The translations under genes and the position numbers were made by a program. A stretch of 57,905 nt of DNA, taken from positions 1-57,905 of the IMG/VR virus record IMGVR_UViG_3300013006_000040. One strand, 5' to 3'. Under the pieces are notes generated by a model. That model was not told where the DNA came from. It saw only the letters and a program-made list of their open reading frames with translations, and made no database searches. Within the stretch, counting starts at the first letter, position 1. Each line of letters begins with the position of its first letter. Origin of the DNA: a virus (lineage: Duplodnaviria > Caudoviricetes). Positions 36,901 to 46,812 of this stretch are shown here, in pieces.

Positions 36901-37319
36901 CGCTTCGCTGCCTTATTATGGGCTTCTATAAATTCGTTTGGTATAGTACAGGAGTTGTCGTATTTAACAATCTCTCTATCTATATATTGTTTCAAGACTC
37001 TTTTCTTTTCTACGAGTTGGATAACAGTCTTTTGTGTTTTTGCTTCTAATTTTGTATTGGCATCTTTGCTTTGTTCTTCTGCCAATGCAACTTTAGCTTC
37101 CATCTCTTTGACTCTGGCTACCCAAGCCTCATTATTGTAAATAGCGCCTTCGAAGAATATTCCAAGGGCAAGTAAAGCAATCCCTACATAATGTAGAATA
37201 ATTTTATATTGGCGTATTAGGGGTATGAATCCGAGAAAAGTACTAAACAATATCGCTAGCGCACCTGCGCATACGACGTAATGAAAAATCCAGGTAGGAA
37301 GAAAAGATAGTATCCACAT
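36897..37319 (-). CDS. Putative i-spanin (Rz-like)
   Basis: N-terminal transmembrane helices, coiled coil, C-terminal C-x-IP...HN-x-AA. Confidence 0.72.
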   Translation of the reverse strand: MWILSFLPTWIFHYVVCAGALAILFSTFLGFIPLIRQYKIILHYVGIALLALGIFFEGAIYNNEAWVARVKEMEAKVALAEEQSKDANTKLEAKTQKTVIQLVEKKRVLKQYIDREIVKYDNSCTIPNEFIEAHNKAAKR

Positions 37320-37334
37320 ATCTTATATATCTAA

Positions 37335-37421
37335 TCACAACTCTTTAGTTATCGGAAAAATCTTAGAAATAGCCTCAGCGCATGCTTTTGCAACTTTAAT
37401 ACGTTCTTTTTGTGTTCCATT
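37335..37421 (-). pseudogene. thyX: C-terminal remnant of flavin-dependent thymidylate synthase
   Basis: Start-less frame NGTQKERIKVAKACAEAISKIFPITKEL* resembles the phage ThyX C-terminus (NGTQKEH...IA...FP). Confidence 0.7.
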
Positions 37422-37648
37422 TAATGTATTTTAATGTCCCTTTTAGTTTTTGATCGTATGGATACGTTAGCTGCTAATTTTTTAAAATCCTCTTCTGAAC
37501 CAACATATTCATTTGCGAGCAAAAGTCTAGCTAAAATAATGGAACTTAGTATTAGTGGATCTATTTCATGTTTCTTGAGCATAGATGAAAGGAATTCATC
37601 TACATCATAGGCCATAGATTCCATGTTATTTTTCATAATCAATCCCAC
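37421..37648 (-). CDS. Hypothetical protein
   Basis: ORF in operon; LSSIILARL motif. Confidence 0.65.
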   Translation of the reverse strand: MGLIMKNNMESMAYDVDEFLSSMLKKHEIDPLILSSIILARLLLANEYVGSEEDFKKLAANVSIRSKTKRDIKIH

Positions 37649-38268
37649 AATCCCTGATAGTACTTACCAAACAATCGGAATCCGTTTCTTATTCTAGCCT
37701 CGTATGCGTGCATACCATCCCAGTCAATTTTCTGAGTATGATTAGGACCTTCCTTCATTTGATAGAGCTTCCCACTCTCATCTTTTTCGTGAACATAATC
37801 AGCAACACCGGTATAAAATTGATCTTGCCAATCATCATCTAATTTAGATTGGTGTGCAAAGATCATTTCATCCATTACATAATCCCAACGCTTGAAATGA
37901 TTATCGTCAACATCATATTCTTCTTTCGGAGGTGCACTGGTACTTTTTAATTCTTCGGGCACATCCTCATCGTCAACCAGAGGTGCACCGTGCTTTACTT
38001 CTTTAAGTTGTTTGAGCATTGGCACAACAATACTGGACAGAGTATTATCCATTGACCAAGTATCCCAATGGTCAATTTTTACATATTCAACTCTTGGATG
38101 GATAAAGTCTAAAACATCTTGTAGTACTTTACTAAAGGGTTCTAAACGGTCTGCCCATTTTTCAATGATTGGTTCCTCATAATCAATCTCACGCCAAAAG
38201 AATACTTTTTCAAGTATTATATATGGACTGAGCCAATGGCTACGATATTTGCTTATATAGACTTTCAT
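37639..38268 (-). CDS. Conserved hypothetical phage protein
   Basis: VKID-x-WDTWSMD-x-TL...PMLKQLK...HGAP...GFRLFGKYYQGLWD. Confidence 0.8.
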   Translation of the reverse strand: MKVYISKYRSHWLSPYIILEKVFFWREIDYEEPIIEKWADRLEPFSKVLQDVLDFIHPRVEYVKIDHWDTWSMDNTLSSIVVPMLKQLKEVKHGAPLVDDEDVPEELKSTSAPPKEEYDVDDNHFKRWDYVMDEMIFAHQSKLDDDWQDQFYTGVADYVHEKDESGKLYQMKEGPNHTQKIDWDGMHAYEARIRNGFRLFGKYYQGLWD

Positions 38269-38720
38269 CAGTAATCTCTTTTCTCACCTTCTTTAGTGAA
38301 GAATGCTTTCATTTTATTTTCCGTGTTCCAAGGTTTTGCATACTCATTTTCGTTATCGCAGAGTGTCAACGCATCTTCCTCAGACATAACTCGGTGACTG
38401 ACAATGGTCTCACCTAAGTGTTTTTGGCTAAACTCTTTTGCCTCATTCATTGTTACAGTATCTAATGCCCAATCAGCTTTGCCTTTAGGTACTTCTACCA
38501 TATAACGCTCACGGAATGTACTGATACATTCAACCAATACCCATTCTGTTACATCTTCCATGTCTTTTTTCCTCAACACCCAAGAACCATCCTTTTGGTC
38601 TACCCATTCCAAAGTATCACCAATCTCCCAACCTGTTTCAGAAAAGATCTCGTCATTTAATGGCAAGATCAAATCACCTGTTTCTGGATCTGTAACTAAA
38701 GTAACAACGGTTGAATTCAT
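38268..38720 (-). CDS. Protein with an AbrB/MazE-like N-terminal domain
   Basis: GDLILPL...GWEIGDTLEW swapped-hairpin pattern fused to a second domain. Confidence 0.65.
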   Translation of the reverse strand: MNSTVVTLVTDPETGDLILPLNDEIFSETGWEIGDTLEWVDQKDGSWVLRKKDMEDVTEWVLVECISTFRERYMVEVPKGKADWALDTVTMNEAKEFSQKHLGETIVSHRVMSEEDALTLCDNENEYAKPWNTENKMKAFFTKEGEKRDY

Positions 38721-38721
38721 A

Positions 38722-39744
38722 TTAACACCTTTTCCATTCTGTAAATTTCATTTTAGCTTCCAAACCTGAGAATACATTCTTTGCCACAATCTTTTTAGCA
38801 TCAATGCCATTCTCAACCATTTCATTTATGTCCTTTTCTACAATGTTCTGAGGCCATATTACTACATTATAATGCCTTTCTATCACCTTGTCAAGCACTC
38901 GGACAACATCCTTATTTCTGGGCTGGTTATCAATAATCATAACCAATTTATCTTTTGGCAAATCCAATAGTTCCATTTTACCGAAAGATGTACCACCTAC
39001 TGCGATTGCATTTGGTAAGAACAAACTATCCAACGGACCCTCGGTTACATAGATTGTTTTGGTTTTGTCTACCTCATTCATACCAAATATTAATTGATCG
39101 TCTTCTTTAATTTTGATAACCAAATATCTTAATGATTCTCCTCGCAACCCTCTGCAAGTTACACCTGAGAGTTGACCGATATTGTTATAAAACGGAATAA
39201 CCAATCTGGGTTCTTCTGTTGTTATTTTGTCTTTGTATTTATCAGACAATTGCACAATGTCCTTTATATTAGGAATAAAGTACAATCGTTTGAACATCTC
39301 TCTGGGGATTTTTCTTTTAAGACAGAACTGAACTGCTTCATTGTCTTCAGGCAAAGTATCAAGCCTATCCAATACTTTATCTAATAATGTCTCTTCCTTC
39401 TTCTCAAAGACAGGTTCGGACATTCTAAATTTATCTTCAATCTTTTGATGCGGCTTGTTCATTGGCATGCCCTCATTATATCGTTCCATTACATACTGGT
39501 TATACTGAAAACCATCTAGTTGTTTTAGGAATGATCCAAAGTGCATGGACACACTGCAATTATGACACTTATAATATAAGTCATTTTTAGCAACATAAAA
39601 ATAACCACGAGTCTTACTTTGCTTTTTGGAAGAGTCTCCGCACAAGATACATCTGCAGTTATAAAGACGTTCGCTCTTCTGTTTGAACAGAGGCAAACGG
39701 TTACTTATTAGTTTGAGATATTTAAGATCAGTGAATAAAGACAA
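38722..39744 (-). CDS. gp61: T4 gp61-like DNA primase
   Basis: Zn finger CILCGDS...CHNC, PRLVIPF, TOPRIM YVTEGPLDSLF, DNQPRN and KDINEM; TTG start. Confidence 0.95.
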   Translation of the reverse strand: MSLFTDLKYLKLISNRLPLFKQKSERLYNCRCILCGDSSKKQSKTRGYFYVAKNDLYYKCHNCSVSMHFGSFLKQLDGFQYNQYVMERYNEGMPMNKPHQKIEDKFRMSEPVFEKKEETLLDKVLDRLDTLPEDNEAVQFCLKRKIPREMFKRLYFIPNIKDIVQLSDKYKDKITTEEPRLVIPFYNNIGQLSGVTCRGLRGESLRYLVIKIKEDDQLIFGMNEVDKTKTIYVTEGPLDSLFLPNAIAVGGTSFGKMELLDLPKDKLVMIIDNQPRNKDVVRVLDKVIERHYNVVIWPQNIVEKDINEMVENGIDAKKIVAKNVFSGLEAKMKFTEWKRC

Positions 39745-39768
39745 AACGAGACTCCCATTAGAGTCTTT

Positions 39769-39797
39769 ATTATAATATAATTTTAGGGAGAAGTCAA
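39769..39797 (-). promoter_or_regulatory. sigma70 promoter of the primase operon
   Basis: TTGACT (39797-39792), N17, TATAAT (39774-39769). Confidence 0.85.
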
Positions 39798-39801
39798 GTG
39801 T

Positions 39802-40140
39802 TTAGAACAACTTTTCCAATTTGATGTGAGCCAAAACATATCCTGCAGAAATGGCACCACCCATTACCATCCAACGCCATTTCTCAATGGAAGCCATTTT
39901 ATCAGCAATAGCTTTATGCTGGTCTGTACTGGCTTTGGTTTGCTCATCTAATTTTTCCATAACCTTGTCGTGTTTGGTTTCTATGTTATCAATCATGTCA
40001 TCGCGCATTTCGCTTATGCGATGGTGTAGTGTTGAGTAATTGGAATCAATCTTACCTTCAAGTTTTTCCACGGTGCGGTTAATTCCCTTAACTTCCGTTT
40101 CTAATACTGTTATGCGTTGTAGTTCTTCTTGGTCAGACAT
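39802..40140 (-). CDS. Coiled-coil protein with C-terminal transmembrane segment
   Basis: Heptads followed by EKWRWMVMGGA. Confidence 0.75.
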   Translation of the reverse strand: MSDQEELQRITVLETEVKGINRTVEKLEGKIDSNYSTLHHRISEMRDDMIDNIETKHDKVMEKLDEQTKASTDQHKAIADKMASIEKWRWMVMGGAISAGYVLAHIKLEKLF

Positions 40141-40690
40141 TTGGTTTTCCTCTGGTGAACATGCTATTTGAAGCGGTCCACTTTCTTTGTGCTTTTTTAC
40201 TTACGGGTGGGTTTTTATCTAAGCCTGCTATGCCAGCGGTGGCCGCGGCATTGTTTGCAGGTGCTCCTTCACCTTCCTCTGAGACAAATTGCTTAAAGGA
40301 TAAAATTTTACTCTGATCTAATGCAGCATTTACTTCCATTAGTTCCTGTGTTAGGTCCTCGTCGAGTTTGCGTAAAAATTTCTCTTCAAGGTTAATTGAT
40401 TCTTTACCTGCAGCAAGGTCTTCTCTAATTAGAGCATATGCCGCAGCCAAAGATAATAATTTTTTGTTTTCAATAGGAACTTTGTTTATAATTCGTTTCA
40501 ATCTAAATACTAACCTGTGAAGCAAAGTATATGCATCTCTTTCTTCCACAGTATTAAGTTCTCGCATCTTCTTTAGTTCTTTACCTGTCTTGTCAATTAT
40601 GCCAAGACGAAACGCATCGGTGTTCTCAAAAGGAACAACCAACATATGTAGTATTCTAAATGCGATGACTGAGTCTACAAATTTTCCCAT
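40133..40690 (-). CDS. Conserved T4-like phage protein
   Basis: FRIL-x-MLV-x-PF...AF-x-LGIID-x2-G...AYTLLHRLVF-x-LKR. Confidence 0.8.
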   Translation of the reverse strand: MGKFVDSVIAFRILHMLVVPFENTDAFRLGIIDKTGKELKKMRELNTVEERDAYTLLHRLVFRLKRIINKVPIENKKLLSLAAAYALIREDLAAGKESINLEEKFLRKLDEDLTQELMEVNAALDQSKILSFKQFVSEEGEGAPANNAAATAGIAGLDKNPPVSKKAQRKWTASNSMFTRGKPNV

Positions 40691-41080
40691 TTAAATTCTC
40701 TTTAAATCTTCTAGTATTGTTTCATCTATTGGAATATCTTTATCTAAGATCTCTATTCCAGGAGACACTATTATTTTCAATGGCATATAGTTTAAAAACA
40801 CAAGAAATGTTTTTACCTGAGGCCAAAATTTTTCTTCTAACTTAAAAAACAACATCTTTGTTGTTGGCTCAACGCCAAATAAATTACCAAGAACAATAAT
40901 ATGATTAAGTATTAATCGCTCTTTAAGTTCTTTACCTACATTATGTTTTCTTAATAATCTTTTAATGTACTTAAATCTTTTCAAGTCATCTAAAAATTCA
41001 TCCATGCCCTTACACGAAGGGTTATCATAATTTTTAATGGCATACATCATAAAATTGTCTTCAGTCAATTCATTTATCAT
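40691..41080 (-). CDS. Conserved T4-like phage protein
   Basis: YAIKNYDNP-x-C...DLKRFKYIKRL...ERLILNHII-x-L-x-N-x-FG. Confidence 0.8.
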   Translation of the reverse strand: MINELTEDNFMMYAIKNYDNPSCKGMDEFLDDLKRFKYIKRLLRKHNVGKELKERLILNHIIVLGNLFGVEPTTKMLFFKLEEKFWPQVKTFLVFLNYMPLKIIVSPGIEILDKDIPIDETILEDLKRI

Positions 41081-41081
41081 T

Positions 41082-42710
41082 TTAGGTCAGTGTTATAGTT
41101 CCGTTTGTTAATGTTATAGGCCCTGTAAGACCACCTGCTCCTCCCGATTGTGATGCCAACGCATTAAAGGGACTGTATAAAAATTTGTTCTTTGTACTTA
41201 ATGTAGAATATCCGTTAAGGTAATCACTTAAATTAACATTACCGGTATTATATATAACATTCGAAACTGATGCCGTATTAGTAGCCCATACTTTTAATTG
41301 TGCCGGACTTACTCCGGGGTTTAATTGTAAAAATGTTGCCAACACACCACATACCTGAGGTGCGGCTTGAGATGTACCACTTAAAACAACTTGTTTAAAT
41401 CCACTATCTAGATTATAACTTACTGCACTAAACCTATTTGTATTACTGCAGCAACTCATTATATTTGACCCAGGCGCCCACATATCTATACCATTGCCGG
41501 AAGTACTAAAAATTGCCTTTTGATCTAAATTTGCAGCATAAACACTTGAATCTAAACATCCAACTTTAAAGGCTTCGTCATCCAAAGGACTGCTACCTCT
41601 GTGCCAGTAATATGTGCCGCCTGCAGAAATGTAATTATTATAATCTAAACCATCAGAAACATCTATTTTTGTGTAGTGGTTACCGCCCGCAATAACCACA
41701 TGTACACCTTCATCTATTAATTCTTGTATATCCGTATCAACCGAACCTACTCTTGTTGATGTGGTATAAGATGTCATGTCCGTTGCCAGTGCATTAACCA
41801 CCCCAAATGGATACAAACCAAAATACCATTTTTTAATATATCCTGATATTTGTGTACCAGAATAATTAGTACCTCTATGGTTTATTCCTGTTATGGCAGA
41901 GGTTGTAATTGTTGTAGTATATCCCCAACTCATATTAACAATGGTTGGTCTTTTCTTTCCTGTGGATGCCTGTATTGGTTTATTTCTATGCCATAATTTA
42001 ATTACATCAAAACAATCTGAAATAGCTATACCTGTACCAGAATCACCTGCACCCTCAAGCCCATTTACCTTAATGGAATACACATTTGCATTCTTTGCCC
42101 AGCCAAAACTTTTGCCTGCAGCAATGCCTGCAACATGAGTCCCGTGACCATCATAATCTCTGTAATGGTTTGCATTTTGCGTACCACCCAATCCACTGGC
42201 AGTATACCAATCTATTTGTTGTACACGTGAATTGCCTCTGGCATCTGTAAATTCCGGATGCGCTACTTCTAATCCGCTATCCTGTATAACAACGTCTACA
42301 CCTGTGCCATCTAGAAAATAATCATAGTATGAAACGGATGATGTTAAATTTGAACCAAACACATTGTTATTATTACTTATACGAACCAGACCCCAGTTTA
42401 CATTCGCACCATTGGATGTTGTGGGTTTATTAAAATTGCCGGTTTGTCTTGCTCTGATACCTATTTCAATATCTGTTCTTTGATCTGGAGGAATTTCTAC
42501 AGAATAAACTCTATCGTCATTTTGTAATGTAGTTGCTTCCGCATCTGTAAGTGAGTAATGACAGCTACGCAAACTGCCGTCTCTGTTGTTTACTATATCT
42601 ACACGCCTATTAGGTACAAAAAGGAGTCCTTCTGTCTCGGACTCCATTTGTGACCAAAATAAATTATAGTCTACGTCACGTTTTAAACTGACGATATATT
42701 CTTTTAACAT
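41082..42710 (-). CDS. Subtilisin-like (S8) serine protease
   Basis: Catalytic triad motifs VVIQDSG, HGTHVAG and SGTSQAAP; oxyanion AGGN; N-terminal prodomain-like region. Confidence 0.92.
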   Translation of the reverse strand: MLKEYIVSLKRDVDYNLFWSQMESETEGLLFVPNRRVDIVNNRDGSLRSCHYSLTDAEATTLQNDDRVYSVEIPPDQRTDIEIGIRARQTGNFNKPTTSNGANVNWGLVRISNNNNVFGSNLTSSVSYYDYFLDGTGVDVVIQDSGLEVAHPEFTDARGNSRVQQIDWYTASGLGGTQNANHYRDYDGHGTHVAGIAAGKSFGWAKNANVYSIKVNGLEGAGDSGTGIAISDCFDVIKLWHRNKPIQASTGKKRPTIVNMSWGYTTTITTSAITGINHRGTNYSGTQISGYIKKWYFGLYPFGVVNALATDMTSYTTSTRVGSVDTDIQELIDEGVHVVIAGGNHYTKIDVSDGLDYNNYISAGGTYYWHRGSSPLDDEAFKVGCLDSSVYAANLDQKAIFSTSGNGIDMWAPGSNIMSCCSNTNRFSAVSYNLDSGFKQVVLSGTSQAAPQVCGVLATFLQLNPGVSPAQLKVWATNTASVSNVIYNTGNVNLSDYLNGYSTLSTKNKFLYSPFNALASQSGGAGGLTGPITLTNGTITLT

Positions 42711-42711
42711 A

Positions 42712-43005
42712 TTAATGTAAGTTTATCCATCCACCTGATGCGTAAACTTGTAACTTGTTTGTTTGAGAATTAAAGATGATTGTGCCATTTGACACAGTAA
42801 GTGCATTGGCTTGGGATGAACTGTAACTTGGTGCTATAATAGTGTTAGCTGTAATACTACCGGTAACTCTAACATTGCCATTGATATTACCCAGTAGGTC
42901 TTGTGCAGTAACTGCCTTACTGGTATTTGATTGCACAACATACATTAAATCTGTAAGATTGATAGATGTTGCTCTTTGTAATTCTGATACTTTTAATTTT
43001 GACAT
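42712..43005 (-). CDS. Small virion structural protein
   Basis: KVSEL...DLMYVVQ N-terminus and NGTIIFNS-x-TNKLQVY-x3-GW fibre-type motif. Confidence 0.7.
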   Translation of the reverse strand: MSKLKVSELQRATSINLTDLMYVVQSNTSKAVTAQDLLGNINGNVRVTGSITANTIIAPSYSSSQANALTVSNGTIIFNSQTNKLQVYASGGWINLH

Positions 43006-43011
43006 GATTAT

Positions 43012-43920
43012 TTAGAATGTTATTGTTCCTGAAGCACTAAATTTATAAACTCTATATCCACCGGAAGTAGAATATATTACATTGCTACCTGTGTTTGCAG
43101 TTGCAATTGGATATGCTGTTGGATATCTAAGAACTACAATACCTGAGCCACCTTGTCCTCCAGCAAACGTAGACCAGTGACCTGCTCCACCCCCACCTCC
43201 AGTATATTCATTTCCTGCTGTCCCGAAAGTACCGTTTCCGCCTGGGCCCCCTCCGCCTTGTCCTCCGAGTGCCCACTGCCCATTTGATGCACCCCCACCG
43301 CCGCCGGCATAATAACTTACACTTCCGGAAATTGATGATTGAACTCCAATCCCACCGACACCTACAACTTCTCCATTTGCTCCAATTCCGCCAGCTGCAC
43401 CCGCACCACCGCCACCAGAACCACCCGAGCCTGGAGGATATGTGCCTGTACCTGCACCACCCGGATATCCTTGTTGGCTTGGGCTTGGATATCCATAACC
43501 AGAACCTGCAGCTGCGGTAAGATCCTTACCTACACCACCGCCCGAACCTCCAGATCTTCCTGCTAAACCATTTGAACCACCGCCCCCTCCACCCACCGCA
43601 TTAAATATGCCAAAACTTCCTGAGATGTTGGAATTCGCTCCATTAGTCGCAATAGAATATGGCGCGCTGCCCGCAGGTGCGCCTGCTCCGCCGGCTCCGA
43701 CAAGTATAGTATAAGGCAAGGTCGTCGATACTGTTGCAGTTCCTGTCAATAGTCCACCCGCTCCGCCACCGCCGCCGCCGCCGGATCCACCACCGCCACC
43801 ACCGGCTACTATTAAGTATTCTACATTAAAATCATATCTAGAAAGAATTAATGATAAATTAGCAGCAGCATTGAGCCTTTGCGAAGAACCTCTTCTAGAA
43901 GTACCTAGCTTAAAGCCCAT
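43012..43920 (-). CDS. Glycine-rich tip protein, cassette A2
   Basis: Arg-rich N-peptide ending RLNAAANL; one Gly-rich domain. Confidence 0.82.
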   Translation of the reverse strand: MGFKLGTSRRGSSQRLNAAANLSLILSRYDFNVEYLIVAGGGGGGSGGGGGGGAGGLLTGTATVSTTLPYTILVGAGGAGAPAGSAPYSIATNGANSNISGSFGIFNAVGGGGGGSNGLAGRSGGSGGGVGKDLTAAAGSGYGYPSPSQQGYPGGAGTGTYPPGSGGSGGGGAGAAGGIGANGEVVGVGGIGVQSSISGSVSYYAGGGGGASNGQWALGGQGGGGPGGNGTFGTAGNEYTGGGGGAGHWSTFAGGQGGSGIVVLRYPTAYPIATANTGSNVIYSTSGGYRVYKFSASGTITF

Positions 43921-44249
43921 TAGGTAATCTCCGTACCAAATGCTGCAAAACTTACGTTACCCTGAAATGAATATGCTGTAATAACATCTGTATTACCTAA
44001 AGTCATACCTAAAGATACAGCCATTGTGTCTTGTGCTGGAAGAGCAGAATCAAACACAATAAAATGTTTAGATGTACCCGTTACGCCTGCTGGTCTAATT
44101 GATAATCTAAATGTAACATTGGATGTAGATTGATTACATACATTTACTGTTGAAATAATTGCGCTGGTGCCGGCTGGAACAGTATACAAATTTACATTTG
44201 CACCTGCTGCTGGAATTTCTTGTCCTAAAACTTTATATGTATACGCCAT
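43920..44249 (-). CDS. ~110-aa fibre adaptor-like protein, cassette A2
   Basis: Paralog of 26720..27052 and 46471..46803. Confidence 0.85.
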   Translation of the reverse strand: MAYTYKVLGQEIPAAGANVNLYTVPAGTSAIISTVNVCNQSTSNVTFRLSIRPAGVTGTSKHFIVFDSALPAQDTMAVSLGMTLGNTDVITAYSFQGNVSFAAFGTEIT

Positions 44250-44259
44250 TTATTTTTCC

Positions 44260-45444
44260 TTACAATAGTGATAACAGAAACGGATGTATCTGTTCCTGCA
44301 CAGTTGCATTAATTTGTCCGTTAGCTTGGACTACTATGTTTTGACCGCCAACGTATGTTTGTGTACCATTTAGTGTTGGTAGTTCTCTAATCTCTACAGT
44401 TATACCAGCTCTTGGTGGAGTAGCAAATCTTAATACTCCGCCACTTGCAGAATAATCTATTCCTGGAACTTGAGCAACGCCGTTTTCAAATACCAGAATA
44501 CTTGAGTCTGTAAAATTATTACTTATTGATGCTACATTAGCTGAGCCATTACCATAAAATAATCTACTGTTAAAATCTTTAGCTAAAACTTGAGTTACAT
44601 CAAGTATTCTAACATCTATGTCTGCATTTGCTGCAGGATATCCGCTTAATACTAAAGTATTGCCGGATAAAGTATATGCATTGGATAATTGTGTTACACC
44701 GTTAATAATAACAGTAATATAATTATTATTCGTAGGTGTTATTGGAAGAGCATAATTTAGTAACTGGGCATTACCTTTAAATGTGGCAATGGATGGTCTA
44801 AATACTGCTCCACCTGAGAATGCGGCCTGTGCTCTCGCATTTGAGAAGTATAAGTTTGCGCCACCTTCAGCCAAATTAGCAGTTGTAAATGCTGCTAAAG
44901 ATGTTATACCTGTGGAATTAGATCTAATCTGACCATTAGCTTCAATTACAATCGTTGCATCTGTTGATAAATTTGAACTAATCTGACCATTGGCTTGGAT
45001 TGTAATATATTGGCCAGCTAAGCTAGGTAAAAATGCTATAACATTACTGTTGACACGAGCGTTAGTATAATAAAGATTTGTTAACTCTGCTACATTTGAT
45101 GTTGTTAAGTCAGTTGTATTTGCTTTTAGTGCAAGATTACCCACAATCGCGGAATAAACTCTTGCATTGGTATAATAAAGATTTGAACCCTCAGCAACAT
45201 TTGATGTTGTTAGGAATTGGCTAATTGTATCAAATGTTACTGTAGCAGCATTTGCATTTATCTGTCCATTGGCTTGAATCTGTATACCCGATCCAGCTAA
45301 TGTTGGTAACAATGCGATTACATTGGAGTAAACTCTGGCATTAGTGAAGTAAAGATTACTACCTTCAACTAAATTAGCGGTAGTTAGACCGGCTAATATG
45401 TTGCCTGTGTCTCTAATCTGCGATATGAATATACTTCGTGCCAT
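44260..45444 (-). CDS. Fibre shaft protein, cassette A2
   Basis: Four TT-x-N-x2-E-x2-NLY(Y/F)-x-NAR repeats; two NG-x2-Q...Y beta-domains; ends HPFLLSLL. Confidence 0.82.
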   Translation of the reverse strand: MARSIFISQIRDTGNILAGLTTANLVEGSNLYFTNARVYSNVIALLPTLAGSGIQIQANGQINANAATVTFDTISQFLTTSNVAEGSNLYYTNARVYSAIVGNLALKANTTDLTTSNVAELTNLYYTNARVNSNVIAFLPSLAGQYITIQANGQISSNLSTDATIVIEANGQIRSNSTGITSLAAFTTANLAEGGANLYFSNARAQAAFSGGAVFRPSIATFKGNAQLLNYALPITPTNNNYITVIINGVTQLSNAYTLSGNTLVLSGYPAANADIDVRILDVTQVLAKDFNSRLFYGNGSANVASISNNFTDSSILVFENGVAQVPGIDYSASGGVLRFATPPRAGITVEIRELPTLNGTQTYVGGQNIVVQANGQINATVQEQIHPFLLSLL

Positions 45445-45450
45445 TTGTTT

Positions 45451-45458
45451 TATTTATT
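45451..45458 (-). promoter_or_regulatory. Late promoter-like motif
   Basis: AATAAATA just upstream of 45444. Confidence 0.55.
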
Positions 45459-45484
45459 AGATTGTTATTGTACCGGATTATAAA

Positions 45485-46471
45485 TTACCCTAGATAGCCT
45501 GTAGTGTCTATTAGATATCTAATAATAACTTTTCCAGAACCACCCGCGCCCGCAGAACCACCCGACCAATTACCGCCACCTCCACCGCCAGAATTAATGG
45601 TACCGGGTTGATTATTATTATTAGCATATGTGTCACCAAACCCTCCCCCGCCGGCGCCACCAGATCCACCGATATTTAGAGGAGAAAATGCATCCGATCC
45701 TCCACCGCCTCCTGCATAGTATGTAGAATATCCAGATATTGTAGATATGCCACCAGCGCCACCATCGCCAGCTTGAGGTCCAGAAGTACCTGCCGCTCCT
45801 CCACCACCACCGCCTACCCCATCACTACCCCCTACTCGAAGAGTCTTTGATACCCCAGGAGTAGCTGACCCCCCAGAATTTCCTTGCCCAGGTGTACCGT
45901 TACCGCCCACACCTCCATAAAAATTACCACCAGCACCGCCACCCGATCCGCCAGGCCTACCATTCTTTTGAGTATTTGCTGGAGAGGGTGTAGAATCTCC
46001 AACCCCGCCGCCGCCGCCACCGCCTAGCGATTGAATAGTTGAAGGTGTTACTGTACTATTGAAAATAATATTACTAGGCGAACCATCATTACCATAGGTA
46101 ACACTCGGGCCACCCGCACCGCCACCCCCGATTCGGATAACATTATTTGCTGTTTGTGTAAATGTTACGTTACCAGATAATATACCGCCACCGCCACCAC
46201 CTGCACCTCCTGCGGTAGCACCTGAACCGCCACCGCCAATAATTAAATAATCTATTACATTATAGGTAGGCGAGGTTACAGATAAACCGGTAATAGATAA
46301 ATTAGATGATGCATTAAATGAATGTATTCTGTAACCACCTACATTTGTTTGGATTCCGCCGGTCACCTGCATGGTAGAATAATATCTACTTGCGATAAAT
46401 GCTAGATTAGCAGAGTTTACTCTATTATTAATAGATACAGTACTTCTCTGCGAATGTCGACGAATTGGCAT
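45485..46471 (-). CDS. Glycine-rich tip protein, cassette A1
   Basis: Arg-rich N-peptide ending RVNSANL; one Gly-rich domain. Confidence 0.82.
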   Translation of the reverse strand: MPIRRHSQRSTVSINNRVNSANLAFIASRYYSTMQVTGGIQTNVGGYRIHSFNASSNLSITGLSVTSPTYNVIDYLIIGGGGSGATAGGAGGGGGGILSGNVTFTQTANNVIRIGGGGAGGPSVTYGNDGSPSNIIFNSTVTPSTIQSLGGGGGGGVGDSTPSPANTQKNGRPGGSGGGAGGNFYGGVGGNGTPGQGNSGGSATPGVSKTLRVGGSDGVGGGGGGAAGTSGPQAGDGGAGGISTISGYSTYYAGGGGGSDAFSPLNIGGSGGAGGGGFGDTYANNNNQPGTINSGGGGGGNWSGGSAGAGGSGKVIIRYLIDTTGYLG

Positions 46472-46803
46472 TAATTAACCTCTGAACCAAACAATGTAAA
46501 GGTTACATTGCCTTGAAATGAATATACTGTTATTTTATCTGTCGCCGCCAAAGTCATACCTAAAGAAAGACCTAATGCATCTTGTGCAGGTAATGCTGCA
46601 TCATATACTATTGCCTGCGATGTTGTGTTACCTGCCGCACCTGCAATTCTTGCATATACTCTAAATGTTACGTTGGATTGAGTAGTATTACATACATTTA
46701 TTGTGGAAATAATAGCACTGTTACCTGCAGGAACTGTGTATATGTCATAATTTGTAGCGTTTGTGGGCATTGCTTGCCCTAAAATTTTAAATGTTGTTGC
46801 CAT
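46471..46803 (-). CDS. ~110-aa fibre adaptor-like protein, cassette A1
   Basis: Paralog of 26720..27052 and 43920..44249. Confidence 0.85.
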   Translation of the reverse strand: MATTFKILGQAMPTNATNYDIYTVPAGNSAIISTINVCNTTQSNVTFRVYARIAGAAGNTTSQAIVYDAALPAQDALGLSLGMTLAATDKITVYSFQGNVTFTLFGSEVN

Positions 46804-46812
46804 AATTTTTCC

